In this document: positions 16,043-25,126 of the stretch, one piece after another | Layout: every line of letters begins with the position of its first letter | Position numbering within the stretch: the first letter of the stretch is position 1 | Source of the DNA: an uncultured bacterium | GTDB lineage: Bacteria; Methylomirabilota; Methylomirabilia; Rokubacteriales; CSP1-6 | Reading direction: 5' to 3' | DNA length: 63,610 nucleotides | Assembly: GCA_964428805.1 (NCBI GenBank) | Contig: CAYRZF010000002.1 | Coordinates: 1 to 63,610 of the forward strand | Translations under genes and position numbers: made by a program | The notes under the pieces: model-generated | Seen by the model: the letters and a program-made list of their open reading frames with translations, nothing else | The model's database searches: none | Told to the model about the DNA's origin: nothing

Positions 16043-17122
16043 CTACAGGGCTTTGACGACGGCGTCGCCTGCCTCGCGGGTGGTCGCGGTACCCCCGATG
16101 TCGCGAGTGTTCGTGGTCCCCGTCGCCAGGACCGTCGCCACCGCGCGTTCGATCCGGTCGGCCGCCTGTCGCGCCGCATCGTCGGACCGACGCTCGCCCA
16201 GCCACCTGAGCATCATTGCCGCGGACAAAATCATGGCAAGCGGATTGGCAATCCCCTTGCCGGCGATATCGGGCGCGGTACCGTGTGAGGGCTGGAAGAG
16301 GGCCCAGCGATCGCCGATGTCTCCCGAGGGGGCCATCCCGAGCCCTCCCACGGTCGCGGCGCCAAGGTCGGAGAGGATATCGCCAAACATGTTCTCCGAC
16401 ACGATCACGTCGTACCGCCACGGCGCGGCAACGAGGTGCATGCTCATCGCGTCCACGTAGGCGCACTCGGCTTCGATCCCCGGGTATTCCCGGGCGATCT
16501 CCTGGAAGACCTGGCGGAACAGGGCGTAGCTCCGGAACATGTTGGCCTTGTCCACGCAGGTCACGCGTCGGCCCCCGTCGGCGGGGGCGGCGGCCCGTTT
16601 CTGACACCATTCGAACGCCCGGCGAACCACCCTCTCGGTTCCGGCGCGCGTGATGACGAGGCTGTCGAGGGCCAATGAGGTCCCGACCCTGGCGCCTCCG
16701 CCCCGGGAGGCGAAGAGCCCTTCCGTATTCTCCCGGAAGATAACGTAATCAATCGTCCGACCCCGAGGGATGGCCAGCGGGACGGGCACGCCCGGGTAAA
16801 GCCTGATCGGGCGAACCCCGGCGTAGAGATCCAGGACGAGGCGGAGCGTGATCTGCGGGGCGATCTCCGTCCCGTCGGAATAGCGGATGTTCGGAAGCCC
16901 CGTGGCGCCGAAGAGGATCGCGTCGGCCCTCTGGCAGAGGGCGAGCGTCTCCTTGGGGAGGTCTTCTCCCGTGCGCGCCCAGAGGGCTGCCCCGGCCTCG
17001 GCTTCCTCCCAGGAGAGCGAGAGGGCCGGGCCGGTCACCGCCCGCAGCACCTTGAGGGCTTCGGTCATGACCTCGGGCCCGATGCCGTCTCCTGCGATCA
17101 CGGCGATTCGGTAGCTACTCAT
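16043..17122 (-). CDS. isocitrate/isopropylmalate dehydrogenase family enzyme (tartrate or 3-isopropylmalate dehydrogenase-like)
   Basis: The 600-aa track ORF is trimmed to ATG 17122 (MSSYRIAVIAGDGIGPEV). Motifs: FRENTEGLF, NMFGDILSDLGA, GTAPDIAGKGIANP. Confidence 0.85.
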   Translation of the reverse strand: MSSYRIAVIAGDGIGPEVMTEALKVLRAVTGPALSLSWEEAEAGAALWARTGEDLPKETLALCQRADAILFGATGLPNIRYSDGTEIAPQITLRLVLDLYAGVRPIRLYPGVPVPLAIPRGRTIDYVIFRENTEGLFASRGGGARVGTSLALDSLVITRAGTERVVRRAFEWCQKRAAAPADGGRRVTCVDKANMFRSYALFRQVFQEIAREYPGIEAECAYVDAMSMHLVAAPWRYDVIVSENMFGDILSDLGAATVGGLGMAPSGDIGDRWALFQPSHGTAPDIAGKGIANPLAMILSAAMMLRWLGERRSDDAARQAADRIERAVATVLATGTTNTRDIGGTATTREAGDAVVKAL

Positions 17123-17215
17123 CGCGTGCGGTCTATGATATGCTCGCAACTGCCCGCTGGGAATAGATATCCTGGTCGCCTGGTGCCTGACCTCGCCCTG
17201 ACGTATACTGGGGCC

Positions 17216-17746
17216 GTGCGGATCCTCCCGAGGGTTTTCCTCTCTATTATGCTCCTGCTTCTCGTTCCCCGCGCGGCGCCCGCCCAGGATCCCTATAAGG
17301 CGCTCGACCTGATCAGGCCGAGCCGGCTCCAGCCCGCGAAGGACTTCAGCGTGCCTACCCCCGACGGCAAGATGCTCCGGCTCGCTGACCAGAAGGGTAA
17401 GGTGGTGTTCCTGAACTTTTGGGCCACGTGGTGCCCTCCCTGCAAGGAGGAAATGCCGGCCATGGAGCGCCTCTATCAGCGCTACAAGGACAAGGGGTTC
17501 GTCGTGCTGGCCCTGTCGGTGGATGCCGAGGGCGGGCCCGTCGTGAGCCCCTTCGTCAAGGAGTACAAATTGAGCTTCCCGATCGGGCTCGATCCCAAGA
17601 TGGAGGTAGCCGACCGCTACGGCGTGCGGGCCCTTCCCACCAGTTTCCTCGCGAACCGGACGGGCGCGCTCGTGGCGGTGGCTCTGGGTCCCCGCGAGTG
17701 GGACGGCAAGGCGGGTCAGGCCCTGATCGAGTCCTTGCTGAAGTAG
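17216..17746 (+). CDS. TlpA-family thiol:disulfide oxidoreductase (thioredoxin fold, exported)
   Basis: WATWCPPCKEEMP active site. A signal-like N-terminus results if GTG 17216 is used (VRILPRVFLSIMLLLLVPRAAPA). The track start at 17126 would leave only 3 nt to the divergent gene. Confidence 0.8.
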   Translation: MRILPRVFLSIMLLLLVPRAAPAQDPYKALDLIRPSRLQPAKDFSVPTPDGKMLRLADQKGKVVFLNFWATWCPPCKEEMPAMERLYQRYKDKGFVVLALSVDAEGGPVVSPFVKEYKLSFPIGLDPKMEVADRYGVRALPTSFLANRTGALVAVALGPREWDGKAGQALIESLLK

Positions 17747-17762
17747 CACGGGGTATGGTTCC

Positions 17763-18506
17763 GTGAGCCTCGGCGAATCTCTCGGCGTGGCCGTGGCGTT
17801 CGGGGCGGGGCTTCTCTCCTTTCTCTCCCCCTGCGTGCTCCCCATCTTTCCGTCCTATCTCTCGTTCATCACCGGGATGTCCGTGGACCGCCTTGCCACC
17901 GACGCGGCGGCGGGGTCGCGGCGTCGGGTCATGCTGCACTCCCTGGCCTTCATCGTCGGCTTCTCCCTGGTGTTCATCGCCCTGGGGGCGTCCTTCAGCG
18001 CCGCGGGCCAGATTCTCCTGGATTACCGGGAGTGGATCCGGATGGGCGGGGGCCTTTTCATCATCATCTTCGGCCTCTACATCGCGGGTGTCCTGCGCGT
18101 CGGATTCTTCGGCCGTACCCGGCAGCTCCAAATCAAGACCAAGCCGGCGGGGTACATCGGCACCTTCGCCGTGGGGGTGACCTTCGCGATCGGCTGGACG
18201 CCCTGCGTGGGTCCCATCCTCGGGTCGATCCTCTCGCTGGCCGGGACGGCCGAGACCGTGGGAACGGGGGTCAGGCTCCTGCTCGCCTATTCGGCGGGGC
18301 TGGCCGTGCCGTTCTTCCTCTCCTCCATCGCGCTCGGGGGGTTCCTGAAATTCTTCAAACGCTACCGGAGCGCCATGCCGATCGTGGAACGCGTGGCAGG
18401 CGTCTTCCTCGTCGTCGTGGGGCTGCTCGTCGTCACCAACTACTTCGTCGTCCTCAACTCCTACGCCATCAGCCTCACCCCCCAGTGGCTGCTCAAGCGC
18501 CTGTAG
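17763..18506 (+). CDS. ccdA: cytochrome c biogenesis / thiol-disulfide transporter CcdA (DsbD family)
   Basis: 247 aa, polytopic. FLSPCVLPIFPSYLSF and GWTPCVGPILGSIL motifs. Follows tlpA. Confidence 0.85.
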   Translation: MSLGESLGVAVAFGAGLLSFLSPCVLPIFPSYLSFITGMSVDRLATDAAAGSRRRVMLHSLAFIVGFSLVFIALGASFSAAGQILLDYREWIRMGGGLFIIIFGLYIAGVLRVGFFGRTRQLQIKTKPAGYIGTFAVGVTFAIGWTPCVGPILGSILSLAGTAETVGTGVRLLLAYSAGLAVPFFLSSIALGGFLKFFKRYRSAMPIVERVAGVFLVVVGLLVVTNYFVVLNSYAISLTPQWLLKRL

Positions 18507-19411
18507 CGGCGACCCGGATTCGCGTCCGCGTGCCCGCCACCTCGGCGAACCTGGGGCCGGGGTTCGACGTCCTCGGGCTCGCCCTCGCCCTCCATAACGA
18601 GGTCATCCTGGAGGCCGCCGCGGGGGTCTCCGTCTCCATCGAGGGCGAAGGGGCGGGTCATCTCGACCGCGGGGAGGGGAACCTGGTGGTCCGCGGCGTC
18701 CGGTCCGTCTACGAGCGGCTCCAGCGCCCGTTCCGCGGTATCAAGATCGCCTGCGCCAACCGCATTCCGACCGGGCGGGGGCTTGGTTCAAGCGCCGCAG
18801 CGTGGCTCGCCGGCATCGTCGGCGCCAACGCCCTCCTCGAGGGCCCGCTGGACCAGGACACCCTCCTCACGCTGGCGGCCAGTAGTGAAGGGCACCCGGA
18901 CAACGCAGCGGCCGCCCTCCTGGGAGGCTTGACCGTGGCATGTTGGAGCGCCGGGAAGGTCGTCGCCGTGTCGCTCCCGGTGCCATCGGAGATCCAGTGG
19001 GTGGTGTTGATTCCCGACGTGCAGGGCTCGACGGCCGAGGCGCGAGCGGTGCTGCCCCAGACCGTGTCCCGCGGGGACGCCGTCTTCAACCTGCAGCGGG
19101 TTGGCCTGCTTCTCGCAGGGCTCCAAGTTGGGCGCGCCGACCTCCTCAGCGTCGCGATGGAAGACCGGTTGCACCAGCCGTATCGAGCCGGCCTCTTTCC
19201 GTGGATGGAACGCGTCGCCGCCGCGGCTCGGTCGGCGGGCGCCCTCGGCTGCGTGCTGAGTGGCGCCGGTCCCTCCCTCCTGGCGGCGGTCGGAAGGGGT
19301 GCGGACGAGGTGGCCCGGGCGATGGAGTCCGCCCTCGGGGAATCGGGCATCCGCGGTCGCGCGCTGGTGCTGGGGGTGGATCCCGTCGGGACCGTCTGGG
19401 AGGCGGTCTGA
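18485..19411 (+). CDS. thrB: homoserine kinase
   Basis: VPATSANLGPGFDVLGLAL, PTGRGLGSSAAA, EGHPDNAAAALLGG. The start is set at in-frame GTG 18485, overlapping ccdA by 22 nt. GTG 18530 is an alternative. Confidence 0.85.
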   Translation: MAAQAPVAATRIRVRVPATSANLGPGFDVLGLALALHNEVILEAAAGVSVSIEGEGAGHLDRGEGNLVVRGVRSVYERLQRPFRGIKIACANRIPTGRGLGSSAAAWLAGIVGANALLEGPLDQDTLLTLAASSEGHPDNAAAALLGGLTVACWSAGKVVAVSLPVPSEIQWVVLIPDVQGSTAEARAVLPQTVSRGDAVFNLQRVGLLLAGLQVGRADLLSVAMEDRLHQPYRAGLFPWMERVAAAARSAGALGCVLSGAGPSLLAAVGRGADEVARAMESALGESGIRGRALVLGVDPVGTVWEAV

Positions 19412-19421
19412 AGAAAGGCGC

Positions 19422-19451
19422 TTGACGTAGCATTCGGGGGTCTGTTAAGGT
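19422..19451 (+). promoter_or_regulatory. sigma70-like promoter with extended -10
   Basis: TTGACG (19422-19427), 18-nt spacer, TGTTAAGGT (TAAGGT at 19446-19451). It implies a leader of about 255 nt before ATG 19713. Confidence 0.3.
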
Positions 19452-19712
19452 GCAGGGAAAGTCTCACCAAGTGTAACGATAAGACGATTTACTCTCCCGT
19501 ACTCGCGCTCATGAGTCCCGGCCCACATCGCGCCTCTTCGGCCCTCCGTGTCCGACGTGTCCTCCCCTTCAGGCGTCTCCTCGCGCGCGCGAATCGAGTG
19601 GCTCCAAAATGGCTCCCGTCTCGGACGTAGCCCGGTGAGGGAGGTGAGATTCGAGCATCGCGGTCGGTCCCGACCTACGTGGAACCCCTGATCTTTGAGG
19701 GAGAGCACGCGG

Positions 19713-20042
19713 ATGGAATTCCAGGATAAGGTGGTGACGTGCAGGGAGTGTGGGAAGGAGTTTCTCTTCTCGGCGGGGGAGCAGGCATTTTACGCGGAGA
19801 AGGGGTTTCAGCATCAGCCTTCACGCTGCAAGGATTGCCGCGGATCGCGGCGATCGAGCGGGCAGGGCGCGGGCGCCACAGCGGGGGAGCGCTCGCTCTT
19901 CGCCACGGTGTGTTCCGCCTGCGGCAAGGACACCCAGGTGCCCTTCAAGCCGACTCTCGGCAAGCCGGTCTATTGCCGTGACTGCTACGCCAAGCGCGGA
20001 GGGCGCACCGGCCAGCGCAGCCCGATGCTCCTGGAGCCCTAG
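19713..20042 (+). CDS. CxxC-x17-CxxC zinc-ribbon domain protein (two repeats)
   Basis: ATG 19713 ([22 protein letters not shown] ... [21 protein letters not shown]). GAGGGAGAG Shine-Dalgarno upstream. Confidence 0.75.
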   Translation: MEFQDKVVTCRECGKEFLFSAGEQAFYAEKGFQHQPSRCKDCRGSRRSSGQGAGATAGERSLFATVCSACGKDTQVPFKPTLGKPVYCRDCYAKRGGRTGQRSPMLLEP

Positions 20043-20212
20043 GTTCGCCCACACTGACCTCGCGAACGGTCCTGGGCGTTCCCGGTCCTTCCGTCGGCTT
20101 CGATTCGCCGCACCCGAACCATTCATGCCCGTTGAGGGGCCTCGGCAGACTTGACTCGTTCTCCGGGGGAGCGGTACCATGGGGTTCAGGTGAGGGAAAG
20201 GCTCGGCGATCC

Positions 20213-20764
20213 GTGATCAAAAGCGATCGGTGGATCAAACGGATGGCCATCGAGAAGGGAATGATCGTGCCCTTCGAAGAGTGCCAGGTCCGCAAGGGCG
20301 TGATCTCCTACGGGCTGTCCTCGTACGGATACGACATCCGGATCTCCGACGAATTCAAGATCTTCACAAACATCAACACGACCATCGTCGACCCAAAGGG
20401 CTTTGATCCCCGGTCGTTCGTGGACTTCAAGGGGGAAGTGTGCGTGATCCCGCCGAACTCTTTCGCGCTGGGGCGATCGGTCGAGTACTTCAAGATCCCG
20501 CGCAACGTCATGACCATTTGCCTCGGAAAGTCCACGTACGCGCGCTGCGGGATTATCACCAACGTGACTCCCTTTGAGCCTGAGTGGGAGGGGTTCGTCA
20601 CGCTGGAGATTTCCAACACCACCCCGCTCCCGGCGAAGATCTACGCCCACGAGGGGATCGCTCAGGTCCTCTTCTTCGAGTCCGATGAAACCTGTGCGGT
20701 CTCGTACGCCGACCGTCAGGGGAAGTACCAGGGCCAGCAAGGGATCGTGCTGCCCACGGTCTAG
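20213..20764 (+). CDS. dcd: dCTP deaminase
   Basis: GTG 20213 gives [22 protein letters not shown]. Also [32 protein letters not shown]. Shine-Dalgarno GGTGAGGGAAAGG. Confidence 0.9.
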   Translation: MIKSDRWIKRMAIEKGMIVPFEECQVRKGVISYGLSSYGYDIRISDEFKIFTNINTTIVDPKGFDPRSFVDFKGEVCVIPPNSFALGRSVEYFKIPRNVMTICLGKSTYARCGIITNVTPFEPEWEGFVTLEISNTTPLPAKIYAHEGIAQVLFFESDETCAVSYADRQGKYQGQQGIVLPTV

Positions 20765-20806
20765 CCCTGGGGCGGCCCCCTCGGGGGCCAGGAGGCGGTG
20801 AGATCC

Positions 20807-21004
20807 ATGGCGGAACAGAAACGGAAGGTCGAACGGCCCAAAGGTCCCTCCGAGGGCGAGGGGGGCGGTGCCAACCCCGAGGTCGCCAAGAAGGGAAAGA
20901 AGATCAGGGAGGACCTGGACAAACTCCTGGACGAAATCGATGATATCCTCGAGGAAAACGCCGAGGAGTTCGTGAAGAGCTACGTCCAGCGGGGAGGCCA
21001 ATAG
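20807..21004 (+). CDS. pup: prokaryotic ubiquitin-like protein Pup
   Basis: 65 aa from ATG 20807 (AGGAGG lies 11 nt upstream). The C-terminus LDKLLDEIDDILEENAEEFVKSYVQRGGQ matches the Pup helix and GGQ end. Confidence 0.85.
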   Translation: MAEQKRKVERPKGPSEGEGGGANPEVAKKGKKIREDLDKLLDEIDDILEENAEEFVKSYVQRGGQ

Positions 21005-21009
21005 GCGCG

Positions 21010-21219
21010 ATGCCGATCTACGAGTATCGCTGTCCCCACTGCGGGACGGAATTCCAGAAGCTGGTGCACGGGCAAACCGCGGTCGCCTGCCCGTCCTGCC
21101 AGAGTCCCGATGTGCGGCGCACCCTGTCGCTCTTCGGTATCCGGGGGGGCTCGGGATCCGTCGCCTCCGAAGGAGGGGGCGGGGCGTGCTGTAGCGCGGG
21201 AGGATGTCGGTGTCACTGA
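21010..21219 (+). CDS. FmdB-family zinc ribbon protein
   Basis: MPIYEYRCPHCGTEFQKLV..ACPSCQS signature and a Gly/Ser/Cys-rich tail. Confidence 0.85.
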   Translation: MPIYEYRCPHCGTEFQKLVHGQTAVACPSCQSPDVRRTLSLFGIRGGSGSVASEGGGGACCSAGGCRCH

Positions 21220-21247
21220 CGTTGCTTCGCCTTGACGGCGATTCGGC

Positions 21248-21277
21248 AAAAGGGGCGAGGCGGCCCCTTTTTTCTTT
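21248..21277 (+). terminator. intrinsic terminator after dcd-pup-fmdB
   Basis: AAAAGGGGC (21248-21256) pairs with GCCCCTTTT (21263-21271), loop GAGGCG, followed by TTCTTTC. Confidence 0.65.
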
Positions 21278-21311
21278 CGGGTACTGTCCGGTCTAGAGAG
21301 GAACCTGTCCG

Positions 21312-23453
21312 ATGGGTCGGAACTACTCCAAGGAGGACCTGGCCCAGTTGCGCTTGGGCAAGGGGACGGAGCTCCACGGGGATGGCTCGCTCGTCGTCCT
21401 GAAAGCGCTCCTTGAGAGCGGGGTCGCCTACCTCGGTGGCTACCCCGGGGCTCCCACCTCGAGCCTGTACGACGCCATCGCGGACTCCTACCATGACGTC
21501 CTCGAGCCGATGGGGATTTACTTCGAGGGGTCGGGCAACGAGGCGGCGGCCGGCGCGCTGCTTTCGCTCTCCGTTCACTACCCTATCCGCGGCGCCGTCA
21601 ACTGGAAGGTGGTCGGCTCCAACGTCGCCGCCGATGCCCTGGCCCATGTGTCCGCGTCGGGCGTGTACGGCGGCGCGCTCATCATCGTCGGCGAGGATTA
21701 CGGCTGCAACTCCACCACGGTGGCGGAGAAGACGCTCCCGTACGCGCAGAAGTCGGTCTGCGCGGTGATCGACCCCAAGGGGGACGCGGACACCATGGCC
21801 CGGATGGTCCGGGAGGGCTTCCGTCTCTCCGAGGCCTCCCACATGCCGGTCTTCTACCTCTTCCGGACCCGCACCGGCAATCTCAAGGGGTCGATGACCT
21901 GCGGGGACAACCGGGAGCCGCCCATCAGCATGAAGAACCGGCTCACGAAGCCGGAGGTCCAGCTGGACCGGATGTGCCTCCCGCCCTATGTGTTTGACCA
22001 CGAGCGCGAGAAGTTCACCGAGCGGATCCCGGCCGCCCGGGACTACATCGTGAAGCACAGCCTGAACGAGTGGATCCCGGGGGAGGGGCGCGGGATCGGG
22101 ATCATCACCCACGGCATGATCTATAACACCACGGTTCGCGCGCTCCACTCGCTGGGCGAGGCCGACCTGGCGGGCACCACCTGGATCGACATGCTCTGCC
22201 TGAACGTGATCTACCCCCTGGTGCCTCAGAAGATCGTGGACTTTCTCCGCGACAAGCGCGAGGTGCTGATCGTGGAGGAGGGAATGCCCAACCTCCTGGA
22301 GCAGGAAATCCGGGCCATCGCTCAGGAGCGGGGTCTTTCCGTCCGGTTGTACGGAAAGGATTTACTCCCCATGCCCGGGGAGTACACCCCGCCCGTGCTG
22401 ATCCAGGGGATCGGGAAATTTCTGATCCGGACGGTCTACGCCACCAACGGGCAGAAGTCCCGTATCGAAGGACGCGTTGAGGAGCTGACCACCCATCTCG
22501 CGAAGGCGCACAGCAGTTTTGTGGTGCCGGTGAGCGTGCGGAATCCGATCTTCTGCACCGGCTGCCCCGAGCGCCCGGTGTTCTCCGCGCTCAAGATCAT
22601 GGAGAAGGTTTACGAGCGGCCCCACTACGCTCAGGACACCGGCTGCTACGCCATGGGGACCATGCCCCCCTTCGACTCCATCACGGCCTCCTACACGGGG
22701 ATGGGGACCGGGTTGGCCGCCGGCGGAGCGCTCTCCAAGCTCTCCGAGAAGCCCGTCGTGTCGTTCATGGGCGACGGAACCTTCTGGCACTCGGGGCTCA
22801 CGACCTCGATTGCCAACGCCGTGTACAACAAGCAGGAGAGCGTGCTGGTCATCTTCGAAAACTTCTGGACATCCATGACCGGCCAGCAGGAGAATCCCGC
22901 CTCCGAACACAATGTCCGGGGGGAGCCCAATTCCAAGATGTCCATTCTCGGCGTCCTCAAGGAGATGGGGGTCAAGTGGATCCGGCAGACCAATCCATAC
23001 GACCTCAAGGGATCCATGAAGGCCCTCCGCGAGGCCATGGAGGCCAAGGGAAAGGGGCTCCGCGTCATCATTTCCCACGCGGAGTGCATGCTCGAGAAGC
23101 AGCGGAGATCGAAACCGGAAAAGAAGGCCGCCCTGGCAGCCGGTGCCACAGTGGAGGACGTCAAACTGGGGGTGGACGACGACCTGTGCACCGGCGACCA
23201 TTCCTGCATGCGCTACAACGGCTGTCCATCCCTCACCGTCAAGCCGGGGCCGAACCCGCTGCGCGAGGACCCTATCGCCACCATCGTCAACTCGTGCGTC
23301 GGGTGTGGCCTCTGCGGCGAGGTGGCCCACGCCGCGGTGCTCTGTCCGTCGTTCTACGAAGCCAAGGTAATCTCGCACCCGACCGTCTGGCAGAAAGCTC
23401 GCTTCAGGGTTAGCCGCGCTCTGATCGGGGGGCTGCTCGGAGTCGCAGTCTAA
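21312..23453 (+). CDS. iorA: indolepyruvate/2-oxoacid:ferredoxin oxidoreductase, alpha (TPP plus 4Fe-4S) subunit
   Basis: 713 aa. GYPGAPTSS, the TPP-binding GDGTFWHSG region, and a C-terminal Cys cluster (CTGDHSC..C, CVGCGLCGE..C). Confidence 0.85.
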   Translation: MGRNYSKEDLAQLRLGKGTELHGDGSLVVLKALLESGVAYLGGYPGAPTSSLYDAIADSYHDVLEPMGIYFEGSGNEAAAGALLSLSVHYPIRGAVNWKVVGSNVAADALAHVSASGVYGGALIIVGEDYGCNSTTVAEKTLPYAQKSVCAVIDPKGDADTMARMVREGFRLSEASHMPVFYLFRTRTGNLKGSMTCGDNREPPISMKNRLTKPEVQLDRMCLPPYVFDHEREKFTERIPAARDYIVKHSLNEWIPGEGRGIGIITHGMIYNTTVRALHSLGEADLAGTTWIDMLCLNVIYPLVPQKIVDFLRDKREVLIVEEGMPNLLEQEIRAIAQERGLSVRLYGKDLLPMPGEYTPPVLIQGIGKFLIRTVYATNGQKSRIEGRVEELTTHLAKAHSSFVVPVSVRNPIFCTGCPERPVFSALKIMEKVYERPHYAQDTGCYAMGTMPPFDSITASYTGMGTGLAAGGALSKLSEKPVVSFMGDGTFWHSGLTTSIANAVYNKQESVLVIFENFWTSMTGQQENPASEHNVRGEPNSKMSILGVLKEMGVKWIRQTNPYDLKGSMKALREAMEAKGKGLRVIISHAECMLEKQRRSKPEKKAALAAGATVEDVKLGVDDDLCTGDHSCMRYNGCPSLTVKPGPNPLREDPIATIVNSCVGCGLCGEVAHAAVLCPSFYEAKVISHPTVWQKARFRVSRALIGGLLGVAV

Positions 23454-23478
23454 ACCAAAGTCGACTGGGGGGAGCTGT

Positions 23479-25116
23479 ATGGCCGATGACCTCCAGCTCA
23501 AATCGATCTTCCTCTCGGCCGTCGGGGGTCAAGGAGGAAACCTGCTCTCCGAGTGGATCTTCCAGGCCGCCACCTTCGAGGGGCACCGTGCCCAGGCGGT
23601 CAGCCTGCCCGGGCTTTCCCAGCGCGGCGGCGCCACGAGCTTCTACGTGGAGTTGGCCGTCGGGACGGACCGGGAGCGTCTCTCCAGGGTCGTATTCTCC
23701 CAGCATCCGGTCCCCGGCGAGGTGGATCTCATCATCGCCCAGGAGTTTATCGAGCTGGCGCGGATGCTCCAAGAAGGCTATGGGTCCCCCCGGACCAAGA
23801 TCGTGGCCTCCACCCATCGGGTGTACACCGTTGGAGAGAAGACCCTGGCCTGGGACGGCCCGGTCCCCATGGAGACGCTCTACACGGCGGCGCGCTCCAT
23901 GTCCGAGGAGTTCGTCGGCTTCAACGCGGTGGAGCTGGCTCAGCGGAACGGCCTGGACGAGCTCGCGGTCAACGCGATCCTGCTAGGGGCCCTGTGCGCC
24001 TCGAAGGCTCTGCCCATCTCGGACGCGGCATACGAAAAGGCCATCGTCCGTGTGGGCATCGCGCCGGAGATGAACCAGCGCGCCTTCGATCTCGGCCGAC
24101 GTTTCGTGGAGAGCGGCGCCTACAAGCTGGAGGAGATTCCGCCCGCCGAGCCGTGGGAGGACTTCGTGGGCGCCCGCGCCCAGAAGCTCGCTTCCCGCGT
24201 CCGTCCCGCCTTTCGGGACCTCGTCACGCCGCTTCCCGGCCAGTACGGCCAGGCCTTGGCCAGGGTCCTGGCCGAGGCGATCTGGCGACTCGTGGACTAC
24301 CAAAACCTGGCGTACGCGCGCGACTTCCTCACGACGGTCCAGCAGATCCATGACCTGGACCATTCCCTCAGGCCGGAAGGCCCTCCCCAGCTCACCGAGA
24401 TTTTCGCCAAAGGGCTCGGCACCTGGATGGCATACGAGGACGGGATCCGCGTGGCCCAACTCAAGACGCGATCTGCGCGATTTGAGTCCATTCGTACTCG
24501 CCTCGGGGTGAGGCCGGATCAGGTCTACGAGGTCCACGAATTCCTGAAACCGGACGCCGAGGAGATCTATGGAATCCTGCCCACCTGGCTGGTGGACCCG
24601 CTGCTGGCTGTGGGACCCGTCAGGCGGTTTGTCGAGCGCCGAGACTTTTCCCAGCGTCCCAAGACCACGAGCTTTCGAGGGATCCTCCGGCTGAAGATGC
24701 TGCTCCTCCTCAAGCCCGTTCGCCGTTCCTCCTGGCGTTACCGCAAGGAGCACGCGCTCATGCGCCAGTACGCCCTCCGCGTGAAAGAGGCCGCGGCGGT
24801 GGATTATCGCGTGGCGTGCCTGGTGGCGCGGACGGGGCAGATGGTCAAGGGGTACGGCGACACGCGGCGGAAGACGGTGGGGTTCGTTGACCGGTACGTC
24901 TCCGAGGTCCTCACCCCCTTGATCGAGTTCGACCGGGCGTACCCCGAGGGTCGCTTTGCTCTCACGCTCAAGGTAGGGAGCCACTGCCGGCGGCTCATCG
25001 GGAAGGACGACCACGGGATCGACGGGGCCGTCGCGCTCACCCGCCAGATTCTTGAGCGGGCGAGGGGAGCTTCCTACCAGGAACTCCTCGCGCAGGCCGA
25101 GGCCCTGAGAGCGTAA
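23479..25116 (+). CDS. iorB: indolepyruvate oxidoreductase beta subunit with a long C-terminal extension
   Basis: 545 aa. The N-terminus IFLSAVGGQGGNLLSEWI is the gamma/IorB-type domain. About 340 extra residues resemble the C-terminal region of single-chain bacterial Ior-family proteins. Confidence 0.75.
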   Translation: MADDLQLKSIFLSAVGGQGGNLLSEWIFQAATFEGHRAQAVSLPGLSQRGGATSFYVELAVGTDRERLSRVVFSQHPVPGEVDLIIAQEFIELARMLQEGYGSPRTKIVASTHRVYTVGEKTLAWDGPVPMETLYTAARSMSEEFVGFNAVELAQRNGLDELAVNAILLGALCASKALPISDAAYEKAIVRVGIAPEMNQRAFDLGRRFVESGAYKLEEIPPAEPWEDFVGARAQKLASRVRPAFRDLVTPLPGQYGQALARVLAEAIWRLVDYQNLAYARDFLTTVQQIHDLDHSLRPEGPPQLTEIFAKGLGTWMAYEDGIRVAQLKTRSARFESIRTRLGVRPDQVYEVHEFLKPDAEEIYGILPTWLVDPLLAVGPVRRFVERRDFSQRPKTTSFRGILRLKMLLLLKPVRRSSWRYRKEHALMRQYALRVKEAAAVDYRVACLVARTGQMVKGYGDTRRKTVGFVDRYVSEVLTPLIEFDRAYPEGRFALTLKVGSHCRRLIGKDDHGIDGAVALTRQILERARGASYQELLAQAEALRA

Positions 25117-25126
25117 GGGGTTCAGG

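Noticed and set aside
16043-17845. 600-aa ORF suggesting a long N-terminal extension of the IMDH-family dehydrogenase.
   Set aside because: The extension is compositionally aberrant and lies antisense to the TlpA gene. The conserved family N-terminus (MSSYRIAVIAGDGIGPEV) starts at ATG 17122.
19412-19712. Search for tRNA-Sec or another tRNA, SRP RNA or 6S RNA in the two largest gaps (this one and 57695-57946).
   Set aside because: I found no acceptor, anticodon or T-arm arrangement. The UUCA-containing loops (about 19590 and 57765) lack complementary stems. The CCAGGUCCCCUGAGGAACGG string at about 57865 only superficially resembles the SRP domain IV motif and lacks the GGAA tetraloop context. 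No call is made beyond 'candidate structured RNA'.
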